A stretch of DNA of 64,000 bases from Eledone cirrhosa (taxonomy: Eukaryota). Numbering within the stretch: position 1 is the first letter of the stretch; every line of letters starts with the position of its first letter. Of this stretch, positions 53,911-64,000 are shown one piece after another. The translations under genes and the position numbers were made by a program. Where the stretch lies: positions 86,986,001 to 87,050,000 of the forward strand of contig OZ024746.1 of the NCBI GenBank assembly GCA_964016885.1. The letters run 5' to 3'. Under the pieces are notes generated by a model. That model saw only the letters and a list, made by a program, of their open reading frames with translations, was not told where the DNA came from and made no database searches.

Positions 53911-54892
53911 ATAAAATACACCCCCCACCCACACACTTCATATTACTACACTAACTAGTAGATGTCGAATTAATGATACTTTTAACAATGATTCCAATCT
54001 CAGCGAGGTTAACTTAGCCTTGCATGGAATTTTTGAATAACCTAATTTTGGAACATAGATAAGAAATCTTCGAACTGTGGTCTATTCAGGTGATTATTGG
54101 ACAGAGGCTTTAGGAACTCTCAGAGAAATCATCCGTTCAATTACTATTATGGTAACACACGTGTGTTACTAACATCTATTCCACATTTACATCCCGAGAT
54201 TAAAAAACTGTTAACTTCATCTACTGATATGGTTTAGCTTTCACATACACAGATATAATAAACACTAAAATAAATATATTATAATCACGTAGTGATACAA
54301 CAAAGAATATCAAATGGAATTACGGAATATAGTTTAAATGTCAAATGGTGAACTGTATAATCAAAATGTACATTCGCAGCGTGGAATGCTGAGATACATT
54401 ACCATTAACACTGCATTGACGGCAGCATTAGGAATATAACAGACCAAAAAGAAAGGCAAATAAAACAAGAGTTTTATAACAACAAACAGTAATCAACGTG
54501 TTTAAAATTGCGCTTGAAGTTATATTTAAAATCTTAATAAGAACGAAGTAATTAATGTAAATGGTGAAATTTTCAATAATTTACACTTTGCTGACTATAT
54601 TACCATCTTCGCAAATAATGATCGTGAAGTGGAACAAATGCTCCATTAATTTAACAGGAACGCGATTTGGGAGTAAATATGCAGAAAACACATTCAACAG
54701 TCATGAAACAAGTGTGCATAGGAATGTTATCCATGAAAGTTTAATAACATATATATTTCTTGAGCAAGTGGTAAAATAGAATATTCCAGTTTAGAGGAAC
54801 ACAATTCGAATTCAGGCTTGATTGAGTGTAATTTATAAATAAAGTGATATCATTAAAAGCTATTTAATTCCAAGAATGTCTTATGGGTTATT

Positions 54893-55012
54893 TCTGAGTT
54901 CAAATCCCGCCGAGGTTAATTTTGCCTTTCATCCTTACGGGGTCGATAAAATAAAGTACCAGTAATGCACTGGAATAAATGCTGGCCTTGTGCCAAAAGT
55001 AGAAACAATTAT
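54893..55012 (+). mobile_element. Truncated SINE (further copies at 5554-5620 +, 8855-8933 -, 55708-55822 -, 56248-56465 -, 56907-57085 -, 62015-62222 +)
   Basis: Meta-domain core and tail. Confidence 0.88.
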
Positions 55013-55370
55013 TTCTGAGGGGGCTGTGGGGGCAGGGACCTCAAACACACTTTCCAGGTGGTACTTTCAGAAGCAACAGTCTCCAACTGATCCGATGGAT
55101 CCTCAAGTGAAACCAGCAAATCTCATGGATTTTATCGAACCACCTTTCCTCGGAGGCGATCCCTGGGTCGACTGCCGGTTGGTTTTGTCTGCGAATCTGT
55201 CCAGCATTTCTTTCTTGAGATATTCTAAACATATGCCCATAATAACAGAGCTGTGATCTAAAAATTCAGAGAAGTAACTGCTCTGCTTGGAGTGACTGAT
55301 ATCCGAGCTACGCACTCTATTGAGTAAAGTTACTCCATTGTCCCTTCGGAGGAACTCCATCCGGCCACTT
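55013..55370 (-). pseudogene. RTE-clade LINE C-terminal fragment
   Basis: MEFLRRDNGVTLLNRVRSSDI, frameshifted YYGHMFRISQER. Confidence 0.75.
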
Positions 55371-57484
55371 GTATTTGGGATCGTACATTTTAGAAAAACA
55401 CAACATTTTAGAAAAACACAAACAACTATGGAATGTTTAGGAATACCTTGATAACGCCTGTCAATGAATGTAAGAGCAAAGTAAATATAAATGTAACGTA
55501 CATTGTGACATAAAATGGAGTAAGGTAGGTAAAGCAAACTACAGAAGAGAAATGAATGAGACAGGTTCACATAGATAAGAAAACCAGAGAAAGAGATCAA
55601 AGGATGTCATCGATAGGTTTATTAGGGTTACATCGATGTGAAATAAAAAAAAGAACGATTGGGCCAGAGGGTACCAGCTTGGATTGGCATTTGTCTTACA
55701 GTGGTTAGATAATTGTTTCTATTTTTGGCACAAGGCCAGCAAATACCCAGTACATTACTGGTACTTTATTTTATCGACCCCATAAGAATGAAAGGCAAAT
55801 TTAACCTCGGCCGGATTTGAAGAGTGGTTCTAACAGTGGTTAGATAATGTAGGAGAATAATGGTGGTGATGATGATGGTTATAATAAGTATTATCTCAAA
55901 GAATCTATAAACCTTTCTACATAATGACTTAATTTCATGCTTTATGAACCTGCATTTACGCAACACAAATTCAATTTGTATAATACCTAACTCCATTAAA
56001 TATATTAGCCATAGTTTCTATATGCTCTATTAGAATTATAAATTATAAAATCAAATCTACGTTTTGGAAAATTAGATTGTAAATTCATCCACAGCTTAAT
56101 GAAAGCAATTAAGCTTTAATCGCGTACTTTAGACATTAACAATAAATACAGATTCATACAAAGGTTCATATTTGGAATGTTATATGCAATGTAAATACTC
56201 GCAGGCGTGTGAATGTTGAGACTGAGATTAAATATTTGCAATATGTATCATTTCTACTATGGGCACAAAGCCATTATTCTCTTGCGGGGAGGGGTACAGT
56301 CGATTAAATTGACGCCAGTAAGTTACTGGTGCTTTATTTTATCGACCCTTTAAGGATGAAAGGCAAAGTTAACCTCGCTGGGATTTGAACTCACCGAGAG
56401 GGCCGTAACTCTATACAGCAAAGCATGGCATCCAACCCTCTACCGATACTGCCAATCTACTGCCCTCTTATAATGTGTATAATGATAGGCCTGGAGAGGG
56501 ATGGGCTCCGCCAGGCTAAAAATGCGGAAGAAACGCCGTATTTCAATACGGTGCCTCTACAGCTATTAGGAGTAATGGGACCATAAGTACGTAAAAATAA
56601 TACTGCAAGTGAAAGACTATAGACGTACCATATTTGTTTATTTCGTCGTGGCTGTTTCTAGAGAGATTGAAGTAACAAACGATAATTTTATTGCATATTT
56701 GACGGAAGGAAGAACATGATATTCATTACACATATCTTAAAAAAGTATTCAATCAATCGAGAAATAACTCATTGACATCTATTGGAACAATGTACACGTA
56801 TGTAAAAATAAGCAATATGTTTAAGATGGACGTACTAAATATCTTAATATTGTAGAGATTGGAATTATTACAAGTTGAGGCAAGTTTAAACTATAATATA
56901 CCAATATAATTGTTTCTACTTTTGGCACAAGACCTGCATTTACCCAGTGTATTACTATACTTTATTTTATCGACCCTCTAAGGATGAAAGGGAAAAACCT
57001 CGGCGGGATTTGAAATTAGACCGTAAAGGGCCATAATTCCATGCTGAAAAGCATGTTATCTGACTCTCTACCGATACTGCTAAATACGATGACTGTGTGT
57101 GTATGTGCGTAACGCAGTAGTGGTGAGAGAGGAAGGAAGGGTGATAACGTCGACTGAGGAAGGAAGGGGTGAATATTAATGTTAAAATATCAAATAAATG
57201 CATGAATAATTTAACATGTTGCAGAAAGTATAATCTTATCTTTGTTTTAAGCAAAGGACAGCTTTGAAAATATATTTCGGTCGTCAGAATATAACAGACA
57301 CAATGTAGTTGTCGATCAGATATGACATACATACATATAGAAAAAAAGGAGATTTTTGGTGATGGGCTAATTACCTACTTAAAAACAATGAGGTAAAAGT
57401 AATACGTATCTCTCTCTTCATCTCTTTCTCTAAATACACACACAAATATAAATATACACATAATATAAACACATAATATATATG

Positions 57485-57690
57485 GGAAAAGAGTCAGGAC
57501 CCCGACGGCTGCGCTCCAGCCGTTTCGACAGCTAGATCCGAACAGTTCGGATCTAGCTGTCGGAACGGCCGTAGCTCCGCCACCAGGGTCCTAACTCTTT
57601 TCCTATTACCCACTCTACTACTCCAAGTATGGAGTACTCTGATGCGTTATGGTCTACCTGGTTTCTTACCACGTTTTCTTAGTTATGTAA
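57485..57690 (+). mobile_element. Family B PLE-like end forming a 119-bp palindrome (57485-57603) plus tail
   Basis: Axis gatccgaac-a-gttcggatc (57544). The left arm read on the minus strand gives ctgtc GAAA cggctggagcgcagccg TC ggggtcc. Confidence 0.8.
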
Positions 57691-57720
57691 TATATATACA
57701 TACATATATATTTATACATT

Positions 57721-58845
57721 AGTGTCTCTGAAAAGTTACTGCAATGGATCAAGTGTTTCCTGATTGATAGTCACCAAAATGTAGTCGAAGGAGTAGCATC
57801 AAGCCCAGCCAAAGTCAGCAGCAGCGTTCCGCAAGGCACTGTGTTGGGCCCACTTCTTTTCATCATCATCTAAATTAATGACATTACTGATATTATCAAG
57901 CACAGCAACATAAGAATCTTTGTAGATGATTCCAAATTCCAGAAGGTCATCAATGAAGTGGCAGACCAGACACGCCTTCAGTCAAACCTACTGGCTATTA
58001 TCCAATGGGCCGAAAAGAACAATATGCTGCTGAACGAGGATAACTTTGAGTTAATTCACTTTGGAAAATGGGATACGCTCAAATTTCCTTACTCCCTCCC
58101 TTCAGGTGAAACTCTCGTAGCATCCAACAATATCAGAGACTTTGGGAGTAATTGTGGACAACATAAGCTGGGTCATTCTTATAAACAGCAAAGTTGACAT
58201 GGTTCGCAGAATGTGTTCCTAGATTCTCAGAACCTTCCAGTCGAGAGATATCCACACTAGTATCCTCCACTTTTGACCGACCCCACCTTGAATACTGTTA
58301 TCCACTGGGGTCTCCCCAGGTGAAACAAAGTATCATGAACATTGAAGCTCCTCAAAGGTCAATCACGAAAAGATAGATGGCACGATAGGCCTTGACTATT
58401 GGGGTCAACTGGAAAAAACTCAAATTTTATTCTCCCCAACGTCACCGTCAACGCTACATCATCTGCATGATGGGGAAGATATTCCATCAGCATGGTCCCA
58501 ATGGTGTTGGCATCACCTTTAAAGTACACCCAAGGAGTGGGGCCTGTGCTATCCGTCCACAACAAAAATCGCCCTGCTTCTCATAATACGGCACAATTAT
58601 TTCACCTCAATTGGCCCCGATCTCTGTAACATTACACCAAAACACATCAAAACAGTCCAAGAGGTCTTCGAATAAATACCTTCAAGCAATCCCGGATAAA
58701 CCTCCTACACCCGGATATGTCTCCATAAACAATAACTACTTGAGTGGGCCATGGTGTCCAAATCCTGATTTGAAAAGGTTCGCCAGGTTGTGCTATTGAG
58801 TTGGGCATGGCCTGGACCAATACTGGCCGACACCTATCAAAGTTA
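57721..58845 (+). pseudogene. CR1-clade LINE, 3' ~1.1 kb (RT plus C-terminus), disrupted
   Basis: KLLQWIKCFL...VSSSVPQGTVLGPLLF, IFVDDSK, RPHLEYC, YLQAIPDKPPTPGY. Confidence 0.92.
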
Positions 58846-58905
58846 TATATACATATATACACACACTCACACACATACATACACGCACACATGCACACAC
58901 ACACA

Positions 58906-58968
<63 letters not shown>

Positions 58969-58981
58969 ATATATATATATG

Positions 58982-59030
<49 letters not shown>

Positions 59031-59267
59031 CAATATATATATATGTATTATATATATATATATACACAGACAGTCACACAAATGCTGTTTGGTGCGTAAT
59101 GTTAAGTTACTGTTAGTTCACGTGTTTGGGTACTATTTACTATTACTCAGGTACAGTCAACCTAGTACGCATTCGTTTGTAGCGTCCCCAATGTTGGGTA
59201 AACTTGAGTGTTAATAATAAGTAAGCGGTAACGAAGTATAACTTTAGCATCAGATACACATTTCATT

Positions 59268-59360
59268 CACACGTGTCGCACGTTTCGCAGTCAATCAGCT
59301 GAAGGTGCAATTGGTCAATACCTAGTCCGACTCTTGAATCAATATTTCCTCAGACCTGTG
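59268..59360 (-). ncRNA. Degenerate hammerhead motif
   Basis: Minus: cacaggt CTGAGGA ... GAAA cgtgcg AC acgtgtg. Stem I is 6/7 bp, U16.1 is mutated and stem II is poorly paired. Confidence 0.4.
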
Positions 59361-59989
59361 GATTTTCAAATATATGGAATTAACTCTTCCACACTGTTAT
59401 GTATGTCGGTATTGTCATAGTTTATACGAATATATTTCATTTCAATTAAATGGTAAAATTGCATTGTTTATACTTTACTATTTTTTTCAAAATATGTTTA
59501 TTGCTACATTTCAATTTTGCACAATACAATTATTTGGTAACTTTGCAGCTGAACAATCATCATTTCACGTTAATGACATCTTTATAGTTCTGCATATAGA
59601 GAGACTTATTAATTCTCCAAGAAAAAAAGCTTGGCTTCATTCATTTCACTACCTTAGATTAAGTGTTGTATGTTAAAGTTATCTTGCCAAATAGTGAATC
59701 ACTGCCAGAAGCCTGTCATCATTCTAAAACTAATAATGGTTCTAAGAAGCGCTTCTATATTCCGTGTAAGAATATTTATTTAACTTACGAAACCTTCTAT
59801 GCATTTCAATCCATGTATTTATATAACTAGCCCGATTCAGATATGTGTGTGTATGTATATATATATATATATATATATAATTGCACACACACACACACAC
59901 ATTCTGCAATAAAACTGAAAAGACAGAAGTCAATGTATATAATTATGCCCTGTGCCATATATTGTAATTGTCTTATCGTCACATACTTA

Positions 59990-60595
59990 GCTGAGGTTAA
60001 GTCTGTGGCATTCACAATGACACATACGCAGCCTCGACAAAAGAAGGCACATGCAATCGACAATGTCATCATTCTCACGTATTAACGGTTATCCAGACTA
60101 CATATCTCCTTGTTGAATTAATAACACATCGTCTGCAAATTCTAGCCGACTGATTTTACACCTGTCTGTCGTTATAACGTTTCCAATATGGCTGCGCATG
60201 TCAGTCTTGTTCTTGAAAATAATCAATGCCGAGGTTACAGGGTGCAATCTTGGCAGTGTCCGATCCCACATTGAATGGTTTCGACTTAGCAACACTCATC
60301 GTAACAAATACTAGGGTATTCGTATACAGACATCAAGGCAACAAAATGTTCACAATTGACCCAACAGAAAATCCCGAGGAAGGCGTTTATATGCACTTTC
60401 CGGGTCTACGCAACTAGACCTGGGAATATTTAGTTAGCTGTGCTGCCTCCGGCGCGAAATCCGTACCATTCATCAGCTACCGTGGACTCAGCAATATCTC
60501 CAGACAATTAGCATTGACTTTACTTGGAACAATCTCTCGACTCCTTTTTGTGAATTGGGATTACCACTCCTGACTGCCATTGCTTACATGCCCTT
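59990..60595 (-). pseudogene. Decayed RTE-like RT fragment
   Basis: AYKRLPRDFL, SKPFNVGS..QDCTL, KISRLEFADDVLLI. Confidence 0.7.
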
Positions 60596-60599
60596 CCAG

Positions 60600-60775
60600 A
60601 GATATTTTTTTCCAAATCCAACCCGCCCGTCCCTTCAATCTTTCTAATTCTTTCTTCTGATGAAGGACTAGCGTCCGAAACATTAAGTCGCTCTATCTGC
60701 TATTTCAAACGTTAACCTAATATATTCCTTCCGTATACTGTACCGATTATGTTGTTATTTCTGTTTACCTTTTAT
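60600..60775 (+). mobile_element. Family D PLE-like end with HHR core
   Basis: CTGATGA-a-ggac-tagc-gtcc-GAAA-cattaag-TC at 60657-60689; stem I not evident; ends at (CA)n/(TA)n. Confidence 0.65.
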
Positions 60776-60814
60776 ACACACACACACACATATGTATGTG
60801 TGTATATCTATATA

Positions 60815-61415
60815 TCTAGGGCAGGTAAAATTCCCGAGATCCATGGACGAGTTCTCTCCAGCGGTCTCTGTCCCTCATCATCACTTCCATATCCTGCGTC
60901 TCCAAGAGACCAGTGTCTGTCCTTAGCGCCTCAACATATGTCAACTTCGGTCTTCCTCTTCCAGTGTGTCCATGCAGGGGCTCCTACAGGAGCACTGAGT
61001 GTAATGTCAAATCTGGATGTTGGTGAGCATGTCCAGCTAACCTTAGTCTCCTCTGTGCTATTTTCGAGCTGACGTTTGGGAGGCTCCAGTACAGCTCTGA
61101 GTTCTTCATCCTCAGTGTATACTGATTAATGTTCAGAGCCATCCTCAGAATTCTCGTGTAGCACCCATCTACCATCTGAGTGAGTTTATTGGTCAGTGTC
61201 CAAGTCTCAGACCCGTACAGCAGCACAGACTCCACTACAGCAAAGAAGAGACAGATCTTCAGGTATTTACGAAGGTCCGACTTCCACAAGGATCTCAAGC
61301 TGTGGCACGCCGCCCAGGCTTTGCTCTTCCTCTCGACCACATCATCTTTTGTATTCCCAATATTTGTTCCCAGATACAGGAAGTCCTCAACCAATTCTAG
61401 CGGCTTCCCACCTAC
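60815..61415 (-). pseudogene. RTE-clade LINE C-terminal ~600 bp
   Basis: VEDFLYLG...AVVESVLLYGSETWTL...RRLRLAGH...GRPKLTYVEAL; one in-frame stop. Confidence 0.92.
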
Positions 61416-61435
61416 ATTAGTTATATAAATATATA

Positions 61436-61475
<40 letters not shown>

Positions 61476-61614
61476 TATATATATAAGTAGTAGAAGTGCA
61501 AATTAAAAGTTGAAGCAATGTACTTCGTTCAGTGTAAGCGGCATCATCCGTAACCAAGAACAATCTATCTGTAAATGCAGAATTGAATATAAAAAAAAAT
61601 ACACCCTTACCTCT

Positions 61615-61752
<138 letters not shown>

Positions 61753-61847
61753 CATCCTCGACTTTTAGTGCTTTCTAGAATGTTACAGTAATAAATAAAT
61801 ATCAGGACAGAAACATTTACAATAGTGTCGTTTTGGAGAGAGTGAGT

Positions 61848-61892
<45 letters not shown>

Positions 61893-63402
61893 TGAGAGAG
61901 AGCGAAATAAATGTAGAGAGAACTAGAGATTGACTGAGAGAGATCGTTTAGCAAGTAGTGAGAATGCAGTCTATTCAAAAGTGTGGATTACTAGAACTAT
62001 TGCCCAATATGGTTATAGAGTGATGGATAGAGAATCGGACAACATGTTTATGGCATAGAGTTACAGCCTTTTACAATCTGAGTTCAAATTCTGCCGAGGT
62101 TAACTTTGCCCTTCATCCTTATGGGGTCGATAAAATAAAGTACTAGTAATGCACTGGAGTTGATTTAATCGACTTTCCTTTCCTCAAAATTGTTGGGCTT
62201 ATGCCTATATCATAAACCAATATTTGCTTTGGTTTTAAAACTTATAATTTCAATGAGATTTATTTATTATCTCTATGATGTATAATTACCTGTCATCGTT
62301 ATTTCTTTGGTAGAAAAGAACGCGCTTTTTTACCGAATTACATTGCGAAAAGTAAATCCAATATTCCGAAAAATGCAATTTTTAGACTCTCAATCTCGCA
62401 TTCAAATACAGTAAAGCAAGTATTAATTGAATTTAACCCGTTGTAATCTTTGAACAAACGGTGCTATATTTCACAATATAACATTACAGCAACATCAAAA
62501 TCAATAGCTGAAACGTTTCTTTTGAGAGATACATAAAGAAACCATGATGAAAAATATAAAATAAATGATGATAACCGATAACAGTTTCATAATTCTAGTA
62601 ATCTCCTGGTTAATAATAATCACATACTGAATGTTATATTATTTATTTACTGACCCCATCAGATATTTTGGCATCCCATTATCTACAGGTTATTCATATA
62701 TATTTCTACTATTGGTGAATGAAATAGCTGGATACATATCAGATATGCTGTTATGGTCTCTCACTATATGCATGTATATATATATACATATATATATAAA
62801 TATATGTATAAATATATATGTCTGTGGAGAGAGAGATAGCGAGAGAGAGGGAGAGAGAGAAAGAAATAGAGATAAAGTGAGAGAGAGAAAGAGTGGGAGA
62901 AAAAGAAAAAATAAGAGAAAGAGAAAGAGAGAGAAAGAAAGAGAGATAGGGAGTGAAAGAGAGAGTGAAAGAGAGAGAGAGTGAGATACATAGATTGGGT
63001 ATTTAGATTGTGAAAGATACAGTCTATTCCCTTTTCGTTCTCTATAATTCACCAATGCGGTCAACAGCATATCAGAATTTCTATAATCTTTACTGGATCC
63101 TGATTCCACGCTTTTCAATTTCTGGACAAAAGTAGACTATGCTTAGTCCAGGACAATATATAATTCATACGGCACAATGAAATCGATTCATATAGAGGAA
63201 GAGAGATATGTCCACTTTAGTATTTGGTTGATGCTTCATATATCGAACCCGCGCTGATGCAAATGTACCTACACTGGAATTTCAAGAGGAACCGTTGAGT
63301 CGATGACAGGTTACTCACTTTTCATCGCCTCATACTGGAAATCCAATAAGTTGAAAACATTAGCTATATTGGAGCGAATACCCTAATTTTATTTCTTGGA
63401 AG

Positions 63403-63404
<2 letters not shown>

Positions 63405-63498
<94 letters not shown>

Positions 63499-63526
63499 TA
63501 TATATATTTATATATTTATATATATA

Positions 63527-63576
<50 letters not shown>

Positions 63577-63934
63577 AATATGTATTTATAAATATATATT
63601 TATATATATATTTATAAATATATATTTATATATATATTTATTTATATATATATATATATTTATAAATATGTATTTATAAATATATATTTACAAATATATA
63701 TTTATATATATACTTATAAATATATATTTATATATATATATATAAATATATAAATATATATTTATATATATAAATATTTATATATATATATATTTATATA
63801 TATATATTTATATATATAAATATTTATATATATATATATTTATATATATATATTTATATATATATATATAAATATATAAATATATATATATATATATATT
63901 TATATATTTATATATATATATATATATATTTATA

Positions 63935-64000
<66 letters not shown>
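63405..64000. repeat. Long interrupted (TA)n tract
   Basis: Directly visible. Confidence 0.95.

Overview
AT-rich, microsatellite-saturated eukaryotic intergenic or intronic DNA. It is most likely from an octopod cephalopod; this is inferred from the dominant tRNA-derived Meta-domain SINE and other repeats resembling Octopus families. I can support no intact host gene, rRNA or tRNA, and nearly all long ORFs in the track are microsatellite artefacts. Recognisable content: about 25 copies of one SINE family, a second SINE, decayed LINE fragments (CR1, RTE, CRE-like RLE), a near full-length hAT/Buster transposase pseudogene with TIRs, several MITEs, a deleted Helitron (23-aa STPR-like repeats, Pif1 fragments, hairpin-CTAG end) and many Penelope-like (PLE) terminal fragments. 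The main discovery is a dense, diverse set of type I hammerhead ribozyme (HHR) motifs. About 6 are structurally complete and about 10 are degenerate or partial. Nearly all complete ones have a palindromic (dimer-type) stem III, and nearly all lie 50-300 nt upstream of a (TA)n tract in their own orientation. Associated signatures are fold-back palindromes centred on HHR stem II, a repeat junction at a predicted cleavage site, a recurrent CCGANGA core variant, and a 600-bp templated insertion at a palindrome axis. All alignments and structures were read by eye; nothing was computed or database-searched.
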